Part shown: positions 49,153-59,862 of the stretch, piece after piece
How positions within the stretch are numbered: position 1 is the stretch's first letter
How the letters are laid out: each line of letters begins with the position of its first letter
Source: a virus
Virus record (IMG/VR): IMGVR_UViG_3300025881_000006
Span: 15,324 to 79,323 of that record
Strand: one strand, 5' to 3'
Length of the DNA stretch: 64,000 nucleotides
Position numbers and translations under genes: made by a program
The notes under the pieces: generated by a model
What the model was told of the DNA's origin: nothing
Databases searched by the model: none
Seen by the model: only the letters and a program-made list of their open reading frames with translations

Positions 49153-51750
49153 GTGTCTGACTTCATTTCCCAGTACGGATATAGTAACATATGGTGCAAT
49201 CCTTATATGGACGGTGCCGCTATTATTAAACCATTCCCATTATCACCGAAGGGAGGTACATTCGATTATATATCCCTACCTTGGGATGGTGTTGCTATGC
49301 CCAGTCGGGATAGAAGCTATCGTGTATTTAAAATAGGACAACTGCCTCGTCAGGTGTTAAACATTGAAACTCAGTTAATAGATTGGGTTAGAGTTGATAA
49401 CGTTTGTAATGCTAATCAGTTACAATTAGATATCTATTTACAAAACGGTGTACAGATACCTAAGGTGTCGTCCTATTTACGCATCACGAAGAATCGTACG
49501 GTATTAATAGCAGTACAGGAGTATGCGGCTATGCCGGATATATACTCCCAACCAATATTCCTACGGTTCTATCGTAATAGCTACTTTAGTTCAACTCGTG
49601 TCGATGAGTTAGCTCCACCGGTATTTAAAGTAGTGGGTGCGGTTATTACCTCTGTGGCTGACACGTTAGTCGTCCTCAATGAGTTTTATAACCATTCGTT
49701 ATTAGCTGGCCATACTGAGCTGTTGATTAATGGGATAAGTAAAGGTTACTTAATTCCGGGTCAGGTTAAAGTCGGCGATGTGTTAGAGATGGTGTATGAT
49801 TCTACGGTATACCGTGATTTACGATTTACACTAAGTGATTTACCTACATTTGAATCTACGTTAGACGAACAGGTCAAGTATCTGATTCATCCTACCAAGA
49901 CACCCGGTGAAGAACTTATTAACTATCGCGATGATGTAGATATCACATTGATGCAATTGGTACCGGGTAGCGAGACGGAATACTACGGTGTGACTTATCA
50001 TTACAATAGAGATTTTAATCTTCGTATGGTAACACATCAAGACTACAGTCTATCTGCTAATGCCATTGATGCGTTTATCAATAGTCATAATGACCATTTC
50101 AATACTAATGAGTTGATAGTTAATATCAGAATCAAACGTTCTGGTTATGCCCGCCCGTTAATATTCGAAGCAAACAAAGTGCATGAGTTGTATAAATTAC
50201 CAGATGATGAAATAGTTTCACACATCCAAGGTCTTAATGCAAACGTACCCTTTTGGCACGCTCCTCACCTAGAGGCATCTTCTTATACCGCAGTGATGCG
50301 ATTCCTAGATGTCCCCGGTGAGATACATACTGACGTAAGTGATACTGTCTTTCGTGATTTGACGATTGAGGCTTTAGGTTATAATGCATTAGTAAATGTA
50401 TTGGCTAAGAGTCCTGTAATGGGAGTGTTGGATGGCGGAGCAGTTGAGTTCAAAGTTCCTTATGCGTATCGCCACAACAGTACGGTATATGAATACAATG
50501 CATCTGGTCGGTTAACTGGTTTCTTTTATCACACTTCTGGTACTGAATATTATCCTAATGATGAGGATACTGTACAGGTAGAGTTTGTGGTAGGTATCAT
50601 GTCTGATGTCCTTGACCAACAGGTAGCGGCAGCTAACGTTCAGTTAACCCCGAATGTTAATACGCGTTACTATTTATATACGGCTACTGAGCCAAGTGCT
50701 TTAGACGGTACATGGGAAGATGTAACTGGTAGTGATAACTATTCTATTTCTAACGGGAACGTTGTTTGGGATATCGATACTAGATTACAAACTCCTATCG
50801 TCAGAGGTAACGGTAGAGGTTTAGGATTGGTTCGTACGGTTGAAGATACGACAGGTTACCTATACGTGCCATTAACGGCTACTTATAAACAAGGTGGCGT
50901 TGAAGTATCTGATGCTCCTTTATTAGTATCACTTGGTAAGTTAGATGTGTGGTTAAATGGATATCCGTTAGTTCGGGATGTTGACTTTACTATCACAGAA
51001 GACTTCACGGTGATTATCACTAATAAGTCACGTACCGTTGCAGGCAATTCACAAGAAGTCATGATTAGATTCATGAATCATTGTACTGAGACCTTAACTC
51101 AGGATGTTGAATTTGAATTAGGTTATGTTCGACACGGTGCTTTGTCTCGTAATAATCGTTTTGATGTTCGGGATGATAAGAATGTACGGATAGTAAGTGA
51201 AGGGAAGTTGATTCACAAAGACCAATTGGTATTCAGTGAAGATAACAACCTAACGGTGAATGGATTACGCGATGGTGCTATTTACGCCATTGAATATCAA
51301 CACCCGCCTATCCATGGCGTTGCTGAAGAAACTATGGTCCGTTTAAAGCAGACAGCAGGTGAATATGACGTAGCGGTATCCAATATCCTTACTGATAGAT
51401 TGCCTGAGGAACCTAATGTGGCTCCTATCGTCTCTACAGAGCGTCATACGCTGTACAGTGTGGTAACGGCTGCCATATTGAAGGATATGAGAGATCGTCG
51501 TCTCACGTCGCTTACAGGACGTATTACGGATGAAGACTTAGATAGTATCTTCCACCCATATCGACCCCTGCTGGAGTTTGATGTCACGCAACAAGATATC
51601 AACCCTGCATTAATATCTATTCATCCCCATCCGTTTAGGGAATCTCAAAATATTAGCATTGAGGAATACGCTGTCTTAGATAGGATAATTTCACGTTATC
51701 TTAATAACAGAGTAGATTTAACTCAATTCGTTACCGTAGGAGTGTTGTAA
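49153..51750 (+). CDS. Virion structural/baseplate protein (phiKZ gp27-like)
   Basis: 865 aa, GTG start with AGGAGG SD. Motifs NIWCNP, LRMVTHQDYSL and LDVWLNG. Confidence 0.75.
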   Translation: MSDFISQYGYSNIWCNPYMDGAAIIKPFPLSPKGGTFDYISLPWDGVAMPSRDRSYRVFKIGQLPRQVLNIETQLIDWVRVDNVCNANQLQLDIYLQNGVQIPKVSSYLRITKNRTVLIAVQEYAAMPDIYSQPIFLRFYRNSYFSSTRVDELAPPVFKVVGAVITSVADTLVVLNEFYNHSLLAGHTELLINGISKGYLIPGQVKVGDVLEMVYDSTVYRDLRFTLSDLPTFESTLDEQVKYLIHPTKTPGEELINYRDDVDITLMQLVPGSETEYYGVTYHYNRDFNLRMVTHQDYSLSANAIDAFINSHNDHFNTNELIVNIRIKRSGYARPLIFEANKVHELYKLPDDEIVSHIQGLNANVPFWHAPHLEASSYTAVMRFLDVPGEIHTDVSDTVFRDLTIEALGYNALVNVLAKSPVMGVLDGGAVEFKVPYAYRHNSTVYEYNASGRLTGFFYHTSGTEYYPNDEDTVQVEFVVGIMSDVLDQQVAAANVQLTPNVNTRYYLYTATEPSALDGTWEDVTGSDNYSISNGNVVWDIDTRLQTPIVRGNGRGLGLVRTVEDTTGYLYVPLTATYKQGGVEVSDAPLLVSLGKLDVWLNGYPLVRDVDFTITEDFTVIITNKSRTVAGNSQEVMIRFMNHCTETLTQDVEFELGYVRHGALSRNNRFDVRDDKNVRIVSEGKLIHKDQLVFSEDNNLTVNGLRDGAIYAIEYQHPPIHGVAEETMVRLKQTAGEYDVAVSNILTDRLPEEPNVAPIVSTERHTLYSVVTAAILKDMRDRRLTSLTGRITDEDLDSIFHPYRPLLEFDVTQQDINPALISIHPHPFRESQNISIEEYAVLDRIISRYLNNRVDLTQFVTVGVL

Positions 51751-53420
51751 TGTTAAATGATAGTGCCCCGGTATTTAACTTAGACCTGAATCGTGGATTC
51801 CGAACGTGGAATATCGCTGAGATATATCAAGGTCAGTTAGATACCAATGGCTATAATAACCATGTACCTAATGTAAATGATGCTGTCATCGACTGGGACG
51901 TCGGCCTCTTGCGGGTAACGTTTGTTAACTTGGAGACAGGTATACCCACTTTAGAACCATGGCGTATCCCTACTCGTTCAGGTGTGAGTGAACTAGATGC
52001 CATCTTAGGATTACAAGGTGCACCTAACTCAGGTGGGTTTAGAGCATACGTTAATAACGATGTAAATCCTCGACCTATCAGTATCGATAGTCAGTTGCAG
52101 GTCTATGGTACTTCAGCTTCTCATGCTAAGATATTTCTTGGTGTGGATATCTCTGAAGAGACAGGTGATGTTATCTCTGTTCGTTATAATGAATCCGGTG
52201 ATGTTATCTCTGATAATATTCCACTAGAGTCTGTAACGGTTGGTGAAGATATCACTAATGCAATAAAGACTGTACGTACGGGTTTCGTTACTCAGCAAAT
52301 TAACAACGGTGAGTTATTAACGGTTGTTATTTATAATGACAACAATACAATCTCTTCTACTGCTAGACTGTTAGCTGTGGATACGAGTTTTGTTAAACCG
52401 TCTGCTGGTGCAACTAAACACATTACCGATATTCGCGTATTGTCTCCATTTGTATCAACCGTTGCAGAACGTACTATTAACTATCCGCACAACTTACCGC
52501 TTAACTCGGCTGGCCTAATGGGTCAAGTAGTTTATAGCGATGGTTCAGTCAAACGTGTGCTGTTATCTGGTACACGTATGGCGTTGTTGGGTATGAAAGG
52601 TTACGTACCTTCAGTGGTAGGTCAGAGAGTTCCTTTGGTCTTAACGTATCGACTTGAAGAAGACGAAGCGTCCTTTAGTCAGTACTTGAGTAACGGTGCC
52701 ATTTCCATCCCCTACTCTTTAGTTACAACTGACATTGACACTATCTACAACATCAAACTGTTTGTAGTGCCACAGTGGAAGGGTACGGTTGAAGGTTACA
52801 AGTTGCGTTACTATGCTTATAATGCTGATAGAAACTTATCGGTAGAAGTAACTGATAAGGTAGAGTTGGACGTTACCCGTTCAATGGTTTATCAACCTAC
52901 TCAGTATGGTGTAGAGCAACGCATTGCTGTAGTCTTTGATTTAGTCAACCTTGGAGTAGGCTATCGTTCGGTTAGACATTTGCAAACGTTTGCAATCTCA
53001 TTACTAGGTACCCCTACTACGGTAGATGCCCCGTACTTGATTGATTACAATGCAGATGGTGAGCGTGTGTATGGTGAAGGTGTTAATGCCATCGCATGTC
53101 AGAGTCTTAGTGACCCAAGTAAGTACGAGATAGATGTCTCTGCTGGTAAGTTAGATGTGAATGAATACCTCCGTGATTTATTTACTCCTTCTGACCCATT
53201 AGTACTTCGTGCTACTGAAGCACAGGCCCCTAACCCTACCCATATACGGATTAAGGTAGATGGTGTAGTAACCTATCGTCCTATCAGTGAGTTTAGAGAA
53301 AGGGTCATCATTGACTTTGTACCTAATACAAGTTGTGTGGTAACGATTGAATGGGTTAAAGAAACGCCTACTAGTAATTTATTATTAGGAATATCTCCTC
53401 TAAGTCTCGTAATAGAGTAG
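51750..53420 (+). CDS. Virion structural/baseplate protein (phiKZ gp26-like)
   Basis: 556 aa, TAATG-coupled, beta-rich, upstream of the terminase. Confidence 0.72.
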   Translation: MLNDSAPVFNLDLNRGFRTWNIAEIYQGQLDTNGYNNHVPNVNDAVIDWDVGLLRVTFVNLETGIPTLEPWRIPTRSGVSELDAILGLQGAPNSGGFRAYVNNDVNPRPISIDSQLQVYGTSASHAKIFLGVDISEETGDVISVRYNESGDVISDNIPLESVTVGEDITNAIKTVRTGFVTQQINNGELLTVVIYNDNNTISSTARLLAVDTSFVKPSAGATKHITDIRVLSPFVSTVAERTINYPHNLPLNSAGLMGQVVYSDGSVKRVLLSGTRMALLGMKGYVPSVVGQRVPLVLTYRLEEDEASFSQYLSNGAISIPYSLVTTDIDTIYNIKLFVVPQWKGTVEGYKLRYYAYNADRNLSVEVTDKVELDVTRSMVYQPTQYGVEQRIAVVFDLVNLGVGYRSVRHLQTFAISLLGTPTTVDAPYLIDYNADGERVYGEGVNAIACQSLSDPSKYEIDVSAGKLDVNEYLRDLFTPSDPLVLRATEAQAPNPTHIRIKVDGVVTYRPISEFRERVIIDFVPNTSCVVTIEWVKETPTSNLLLGISPLSLVIE

Positions 53421-53434
53421 TTAGCAAACATAGT

Positions 53435-53467
53435 AGGTAGGGTGTAATAACCCTACCTTTATGCCGT
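53435..53467 (+). terminator. Hairpin + TATGCCGT element
   Basis: aggtagggt...accctacct, then tTATGCCGT. Confidence 0.7.
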
Positions 53468-53511
53468 GATTGTATGATACAGGGCGATTTACAGCCTTTG
53501 AGGAAACACAC

Positions 53512-55683
53512 ATGACTATTTTATTTCAAAGAGACTTTCATCAGTATCCTGATGCGATTGTAGATTTAAAAACTACCAATCAGAGCTTCTTACGTCTAGC
53601 TGAAATATACAGACGGATGGGGGTAAAGAACAACGTATTCCATCTAACCCTACTTCAACCCGAATTACAGGGCATAGACCCACACGACCCTGACCTCGAT
53701 GAAGAGACCAAGGTACGTATAGGGATTGAGTGTAAGTGGAATATATGGTATTACCTTCGTGAAGTAGTAAGAATTCCCCCTACTGCTGGTAATACACCTA
53801 TTAAGTTTAAAGCTAACCGTGGTAACATCGCACTTATGTGGTGTTTCTTAAACCATATCGATTTTGCATTAATACAACCTCGTCAGACAGGTAAGTCGGT
53901 CTCTACCGATTCCTTGATGATTTGGCTAATGATGTTTGGTATGGAGTCGTCGTACATCAACATGATTACTAAGGATAATGACCTTAGGAAGAAAAACGTT
54001 GATAGGCTTAAAACCATACGTGACTTATTACCTAGATACTTAGTGGTAAAAGATAGACTAGATACTAATAACCAAGAGACTATCACTTATCATGCATTGG
54101 GTAATAGATACACTACTGGTGTAGCACAGGCTTCTGAATCGGGTGCTGCTAAACTAGGTCGTGGTACTACGTCACCTATCACTCAGATAGATGAGCCACC
54201 ATTTATTAGTAACATCGGTGTCACTATCCCTGCTCTATTAGCGGCAGGTTTGGCTGCACGTGAAGAAGCAAAACGTAACAACATGCCTTATGGTAACATC
54301 TTCACCACTACTGCTGGTAAGAAGGATGACCGTGACGGTAAGTACATGTACGATATGATACATGGCGGTGCAACGTGGAGTGAGCGTTTCTATGACGCCG
54401 AAGCTTTACCAGACCTTAACCGTATTGTTAAAGCAAACTGTGCTGGTCGTAAGATTATCGTCAATGGTACTTTTAGCCATAAACAGTTAGGTAAGTCTGA
54501 TAGTTGGTTACGTGAGGCAATCATCCTTACTAATGCCACCGGTGAAGAAGCAGATAGGGATTTCTTTAATAGATGGACAAGTGGTACTCAGCGTTCCCCT
54601 CTTACGCCTAAACAAAATGACATGATATTCAACTCTGAGGTAGAGCCGGACTATGTAGAACTCATGCAGAAGACGTACATGTTCCGCTGGTATATACCTG
54701 AAAACAAACTAAGAGAAGGTTTGGATAACGGTCACTTTGTCATGGGGCTAGATACATCAGAAGCGATTGGTGCTGATGGCATGGGTTTAATTATTACAGA
54801 TGTAAGAGATTTATCTGTAGTGGGCGCAGCCTCCATTAGTGAAACTAACCTAATCACCTTTGCTAAATTCATAGCTCAAATACTTATTGCGTATAAGACG
54901 ATTACATTAATCATTGAACGTAAGTCAACGGGTATTGCTATTATCGATGCACTTCTAATAGAACTGCCAGCAGCAGGTGAAGACCCATTTAAGCGTATGT
55001 ATAACCGCGTAGTAGATGAATCTTTAGAACGTAAGAATGAGTTTAAAGAGATATGTCAAGATGTGCGCTATCGTACTCCTGAGTTCTATGCGATGTATAA
55101 GAAAGACTTTGGGTTTGTTACCAACGCTCAATCACGTGCCTTGCTTTATGGTAACGTGTTACAGAACGCTGTTAAGAATGCCGGTCATTTAGTACAAGAT
55201 AAAGTACTCTCTTCTGAGATACGCGGTTTGGTTACTAAGAACGGTAGGATTGACCATGCATCTTCTGGTAATGATGATACTGTAATCGCATGGCTATTGA
55301 CACATTGGTTTGTCACTAACGCCCGACGTTTAGACTTCTACGGTATACCCGCTAATCAATGTATGGTATTAGTAGGGGGTGATAATACTGAGATGGACCA
55401 AGCATCAGTTATGCTTCGTGCTCGTCAAAGTAGAACCCGTGAAGAGATTGCTGGCATTATGGAAGAGCTTAAGGTAGTGCAGGTGGGCTTTAAGTTAGCC
55501 AAGTTAGAACGTAGGTTGAAAATGCTAACACGTGAAACCAAGTTAGATGGTGGTGAAGCGTTAAGTTTCGATGCGTTATTAAAACAAGCCGCTGATGCAA
55601 GAAGTAATAGACTTAAAGGTAATAAGTCTCACTCTAAAGCTAAGCCGTTTAAAATGTCAAACATTTGGGGCCGTGCAGCCTAG
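53512..55683 (+). CDS. terL: Terminase large subunit (phiKZ gp25-like)
   Basis: Walker A PRQTGKS, Walker B TQIDE, motif III TTTAG, nuclease MGLDTSE and NDDTV. Likely start is ATG 53512 after GAGG. Confidence 0.93.
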   Translation: MTILFQRDFHQYPDAIVDLKTTNQSFLRLAEIYRRMGVKNNVFHLTLLQPELQGIDPHDPDLDEETKVRIGIECKWNIWYYLREVVRIPPTAGNTPIKFKANRGNIALMWCFLNHIDFALIQPRQTGKSVSTDSLMIWLMMFGMESSYINMITKDNDLRKKNVDRLKTIRDLLPRYLVVKDRLDTNNQETITYHALGNRYTTGVAQASESGAAKLGRGTTSPITQIDEPPFISNIGVTIPALLAAGLAAREEAKRNNMPYGNIFTTTAGKKDDRDGKYMYDMIHGGATWSERFYDAEALPDLNRIVKANCAGRKIIVNGTFSHKQLGKSDSWLREAIILTNATGEEADRDFFNRWTSGTQRSPLTPKQNDMIFNSEVEPDYVELMQKTYMFRWYIPENKLREGLDNGHFVMGLDTSEAIGADGMGLIITDVRDLSVVGAASISETNLITFAKFIAQILIAYKTITLIIERKSTGIAIIDALLIELPAAGEDPFKRMYNRVVDESLERKNEFKEICQDVRYRTPEFYAMYKKDFGFVTNAQSRALLYGNVLQNAVKNAGHLVQDKVLSSEIRGLVTKNGRIDHASSGNDDTVIAWLLTHWFVTNARRLDFYGIPANQCMVLVGGDNTEMDQASVMLRARQSRTREEIAGIMEELKVVQVGFKLAKLERRLKMLTRETKLDGGEALSFDALLKQAADARSNRLKGNKSHSKAKPFKMSNIWGRAA

Positions 55684-55747
55684 TAGATTAAAACATACGT
55701 CGGCTAGGTATGTAACGGTTTAACAAATAATAAAAGGTGAAAATGCA

Positions 55748-56905
55748 ATGCAAGATATTGTTGAGTATATTAAGGGCACTATTAGTGATATGGGCTCTGC
55801 GGATGTAGTGTCGGAAATATGTAAACCTAAGGGTGTATATAAACCGCATTTACATATGGCTATTGAGAAGGTTCAGGAAGAGGGTCTAGAAGAACTCACT
55901 ACCCGTCAGATAGCATCTTTAATATCGTTAGATGAAGTTTTCTTTAAGTATAACTTTAAAGACAAACCTATTAACACTGACCGCATCCTACGTGAAATCG
56001 TTGAACTTAACAAACATGAATGGTTTGTTAGAATTCCAGAATGGTTAAACACTGCCGTATTGCAATTGGTAGCTTCAGAAGAATATAATCATAAGGTCGT
56101 ATTAAGTGTAAGGACTCCTTACTTTGATAAAGACTCTACTGACATTCCTTCGATGACTACCGCTATATCCCACATACAGCCTTCCACGTGGAGCACTGTA
56201 GATATAATGACGTTGTTTGGTCCACAGGTAGTTAAGTTAAAACTAATGCCTGCATTGGAATACGCTGACTTCATTAATATGTTCAAAGAGCTTGTAACGG
56301 TTAAGTGTCAAGTAACGGGTGAGTTAATATCTAAGCTACCTATCTCTTTAAGTGCTGAAGATAAAGCTTTCTTAGAATCTGGTACATTACCACAAACTCC
56401 AGCGTTGATTCGTGAGTTGACAATATTAGCAACGTCTACTACGCCTTACTCTGCCATGTTGACCTATATCTTAAAACGCGTTACTGATTTAGACAGTATA
56501 AACAGTGAAGCGTTAATTAGCTATCGTGCTCAGATGATGGATAAAGATGTTAAGATTGGAGCAATGTGTCTAGGTAATGGTAAGTTGATGTTAACTTCTA
56601 GACAGATACAAAATGCAATTAACAAATTGTGTTTAAAGTACTCTACTATCTTAGATGGCATTACTGCTAAAACATTGTTCTATAACGACTATACGGTCTG
56701 GGACCAATTACGTTATGTATCTGGTGATGTGGCAGAGGCTGCCTTTCAAATGCATCAATCGACTAACTACTGCGTAGAAGCTGCTAAAAGATTTAAACCA
56801 GCAGGTAAGTCCAAAGCTAAAGCTAAACCTAAGGCAACTCCTAAAGCTAAAGCTGCTATTAAGCCTAAGTCTACCAAGAAGCCTGTTGCTAAGAAAACAG
56901 CATAG
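55748..56905 (+). CDS. Hypothetical protein with histone-H1-like Lys/Ala/Pro tail
   Basis: 385 aa ending KSKAKAKPKATPKAKAAIKPKSTKKPVAKKTA. Confidence 0.75.
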   Translation: MQDIVEYIKGTISDMGSADVVSEICKPKGVYKPHLHMAIEKVQEEGLEELTTRQIASLISLDEVFFKYNFKDKPINTDRILREIVELNKHEWFVRIPEWLNTAVLQLVASEEYNHKVVLSVRTPYFDKDSTDIPSMTTAISHIQPSTWSTVDIMTLFGPQVVKLKLMPALEYADFINMFKELVTVKCQVTGELISKLPISLSAEDKAFLESGTLPQTPALIRELTILATSTTPYSAMLTYILKRVTDLDSINSEALISYRAQMMDKDVKIGAMCLGNGKLMLTSRQIQNAINKLCLKYSTILDGITAKTLFYNDYTVWDQLRYVSGDVAEAAFQMHQSTNYCVEAAKRFKPAGKSKAKAKPKATPKAKAAIKPKSTKKPVAKKTA

Positions 56906-56942
56906 ACAAGAGCATCCCGTTATGGGATGCTCTTTATGCCGT
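56897..56942. terminator. Bidirectional hairpin with TATGCCGT on + and TATGCTGT on -
   Basis: aagagcatccc-gttat-gggatgctctt between convergent genes. It overlaps the end of the minus-strand ORF. Confidence 0.75.
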
Positions 56943-57438
56943 CTATACTAAGTAAGTTGTTAATCGCTACATCGTCTGCGGTTGTACATGACATTGCTTT
57001 TACTGCGTACATGACCCGCACATCCCATCTTTCAAATGGTGTATTGGTTAAGTACGAATACCACAAGTCTTTACGACCCACACGTTTTAATAGTTTACGA
57101 AGTAGCCACTGTCCCTGTAATCGTAACCTAAGTGTCCTTGCATTACTACTACGTTGAACAATCCTTAATAGTTCACGAATAGTATCATCAGACTGTAGGT
57201 TAAGGTCAACATCCGATATAGGTGTAGCATGTACAGTAAAGTTAATCACTTCATCTACGGTAAGTTCTTCATCGTAATCATTACGTACACTGCGTATTAG
57301 ACTAGTTATCATCATCTTACCGAACTCAGTAATCCTTCCACTGTTAACATAGTCCCAGTAGAAGTCACTGGCTAATATCTCCACTTGTAAATGGAGACTC
57401 AGTCCGTGATACAATTTGATGTTAGTATCGTTAAACAT
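56920..57438 (-). CDS. Hypothetical protein
   Basis: 172 aa, TAATG-coupled to the upstream gene. Confidence 0.7.
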   Translation of the reverse strand: MFNDTNIKLYHGLSLHLQVEILASDFYWDYVNSGRITEFGKMMITSLIRSVRNDYDEELTVDEVINFTVHATPISDVDLNLQSDDTIRELLRIVQRSSNARTLRLRLQGQWLLRKLLKRVGRKDLWYSYLTNTPFERWDVRVMYAVKAMSCTTADDVAINNLLSIDGIKSIP

Positions 57439-58655
57439 TAGTTATAATGCTTCATCGCTAGAGTACGAAGTACTACGTATAATAACAAACCGGTTCTAAC
57501 ACTTGCTTTAACAGGAGCGTTGCGAGAACTAACTGATTCTTCTACTAACTTATCGGCTAAGTCTCTTATCTCTACCAATGAAGGTTCATTAGAGCGAGAA
57601 GACATGTATATAGCACGAAGGTTAACTAGGACAGAGCTAAGGTCACTTAGTTTAATCTTGCTGCGTTGTAAATACTCAAACGCATGGATAACTGTTTTGT
57701 CTAAAAGCTCTTCTATGTATCGCTCTCCACGAGCTTTGTAGTTATCGCTACAGTATTGCAAGACTTCTTCTAAATGCTTAGTGGGTAGTGTATGGATAGT
57801 CTTACCTATCAATCCCACTAGCTCTTCCTTTATAAACCCTTTCTCATCTGTTACGATAGAGTGAATGTATTTACGAAAGCGAATGTAATCGTTGCGTTTA
57901 TCTTTAACAACACTCTCACCTTCAATATCTATCAGGCTGGATGAGGCGCTGATTCTACCATCACTCTCACGTACTTGATAGAATACATCCATGATAGCTT
58001 TTACTACCTCACGTATTCTAGATTGGATGTCCCCAATCATGTACCCTACCTTCTCATCGTTATCGTAGTTCAAGATAGTATTATAATGAATACTGTCTTT
58101 ACCAATAATATCCTCAGCACGTACTTTAACTAACGCTGACCAAGAACCGTGTACTTTCAAAGAGAACTTCTTCGATAGTGTGGCATACGTAGCTAAAGCT
58201 ACTGACTTATCTGCTGGGTACTTAAAGTAGTGAGACATCAAAGAGGAGAGGAACTTATAGTGCATCATTGATAACAGGTCAATCATTACACGTTCTTTAT
58301 CACTACTGGATAAATCTTTACTACTGTTAAAGCGATGTAAACACCAGATAAATGAGTTGTTAACTAAGTCACTGGCTACTTTACGTTGTACTGGGTCTAT
58401 AGTGGGGAGTGAATAAACCTCACTACGTAATGTGAATTCGTCAATGTCAAGTATCTCATCAAACCACATGTTGCGGTCTTCAGTAGTGTACTTAACTGGA
58501 TATACGCCTATAAGCGCATCACCGAAGAAGTTGATAGAATCCGCTGTCTTAGTAACAAAGTTGTTAACATATTTTCTTATATTCTTTGCTAAGGTGCGGT
58601 CAAACTTCACTTCGGAACCTACGTCGTTAAAGACGCCTTTCAATGTACGCTCCAT
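57438..58655 (-). CDS. Conserved phiKZ-like virion protein (possibly gp32-like)
   Basis: 405 aa with FFGDALIGV, YKFLSSL..HYFKYP and RTGLLLY motifs recalled from phiKZ-like core genes. Confidence 0.6.
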   Translation of the reverse strand: MERTLKGVFNDVGSEVKFDRTLAKNIRKYVNNFVTKTADSINFFGDALIGVYPVKYTTEDRNMWFDEILDIDEFTLRSEVYSLPTIDPVQRKVASDLVNNSFIWCLHRFNSSKDLSSSDKERVMIDLLSMMHYKFLSSLMSHYFKYPADKSVALATYATLSKKFSLKVHGSWSALVKVRAEDIIGKDSIHYNTILNYDNDEKVGYMIGDIQSRIREVVKAIMDVFYQVRESDGRISASSSLIDIEGESVVKDKRNDYIRFRKYIHSIVTDEKGFIKEELVGLIGKTIHTLPTKHLEEVLQYCSDNYKARGERYIEELLDKTVIHAFEYLQRSKIKLSDLSSVLVNLRAIYMSSRSNEPSLVEIRDLADKLVEESVSSRNAPVKASVRTGLLLYVVLRTLAMKHYN

Positions 58656-58700
58656 AATAGCTACCTTTTATATTGATTCATAGTTTAGGATTAAACATAA

Positions 58701-58717
58701 CTTGAGACATATATTAT
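58701..58717 (+). promoter_or_regulatory. Putative early promoter
   Basis: cttgagacatatattat. Confidence 0.6.
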
Positions 58718-58795
58718 TGTAATGGACTATACATCTTACTATACAAGTCGATACGGATTACTTTGACTTACAATAAAATTAAACCAGAGGTTATC

Positions 58796-58876
58796 ATGCA
58801 CGATAAAATCACATTTAAAACTTGCTTACTTGCCGCCGTTGTATTAGGTATAATAACATTTGCACTAGGGGTATAA
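58796..58876 (+). CDS. Small membrane peptide (26 aa, not in the ORF track)
   Basis: GAGG SD. Translates to MHDKITFKTCLLAAVVLGIITFALGV. The stop overlaps the next ATG (TAATG). Confidence 0.6.
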   Translation: MHDKITFKTCLLAAVVLGIITFALGV

Positions 58877-59151
58877 TGGTGGACTTACCTAAACTAATAG
58901 CCATGTTAAAAGAAATTGATACAGATAAACGTATTAAAGAGCAGGAGTATGTAAACGAAGATATAGATACACACTACCCTAAGTTTGGAAGTCTCTTAGA
59001 TAATGCTATTATTACTAAAGACGGTAAGCCAAACTTTACCTCCATTGATACGTTAGCTAAGGCTGGGTATAAAGTAGGACCCTCAGAAACTGACAGTTTT
59101 GGTTGGTTAACATCATTTACAAGAACAAAAAAGGGGATGTATATTCTCTAA
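58876..59151 (+). CDS. Conserved phage hypothetical protein (E.DSFGWL...T.KG motif)
   Basis: Likely start is ATG 58876 with AGGGG SD. Confidence 0.75.
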   Translation: MVDLPKLIAMLKEIDTDKRIKEQEYVNEDIDTHYPKFGSLLDNAIITKDGKPNFTSIDTLAKAGYKVGPSETDSFGWLTSFTRTKKGMYIL

Positions 59152-59160
59152 GGAACATCT

Positions 59161-59862
59161 ATGGTAAATATTGATTTCACTAAAGATGAGTATTGCCAGA
59201 TAGATAATATAGAGTGTCAGAGTATGCCGGGTGCATACTCTGTCTATGCCGTTATAGCTAAACGTTCGTTAGAAGGTATTAGATTGCGGGTTTATATAGG
59301 CTTTACTTATAGAAATCCACAAATTAGGTTAAAAGAACATCAGGCCAAGTTGCGTGCTGGTAGACATGATAATCACCCATTACAAGAGGATTATAACCTT
59401 GGTGTAGGTTTAAAACTGTATAAGTCTTGGGTATTTGAATATCGTGAACAGGCCGAGTTGGGTGAACGGTTAATGATAACGAGATTACTGAAAGACGATT
59501 TATGTTATAATAAATTAATCGGTATGAACTGGACTGAAAAGTTAAAATCAGAACGGTCTGGGGAGAAGGCCTCCTGGTGGGGTCGCCGACATAGTGCAAC
59601 AACTAAACTTAAGATTGGTGGGAAGAGTAGGGGTAGAAAGCATACCGTGGAGACTCGTCGCAAACAATCTAAGGCTAAAAAGGGTATGTACAAAGGTAAA
59701 AATAATCCGATGTACGGTAAACGTGGAGCACTTGCACCTAAGTCCAAGTCGATTATTATCGATGGTGTTACGTATGGTGGATATAGAGAGGCTGCTCGTG
59801 CATTAGGTATAGCCCACAGTACAGTTACCCGTCGTGTTAAAATGGGGATGTACGCTGGCTGA
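59161..59862 (+). CDS. GIY-YIG homing endonuclease with NUMOD3-type repeats and C-terminal HTH
   Basis: SVY...VYIGFT...RLKEH...GRHDN..LQ, HSATTKLKIG, HTVETRRKQS, NNPMYGK and YREAARALGI. Confidence 0.85.
   Translation: MVNIDFTKDEYCQIDNIECQSMPGAYSVYAVIAKRSLEGIRLRVYIGFTYRNPQIRLKEHQAKLRAGRHDNHPLQEDYNLGVGLKLYKSWVFEYREQAELGERLMITRLLKDDLCYNKLIGMNWTEKLKSERSGEKASWWGRRHSATTKLKIGGKSRGRKHTVETRRKQSKAKKGMYKGKNNPMYGKRGALAPKSKSIIIDGVTYGGYREAARALGIAHSTVTRRVKMGMYAG

Noticed and set aside
20832-55683. Inteins or group I introns in RNAP subunits or terminase
   Set aside because: The ORFs are continuous and of expected length, with no C...HN/LAGLIDADG intein motifs or frame breaks.
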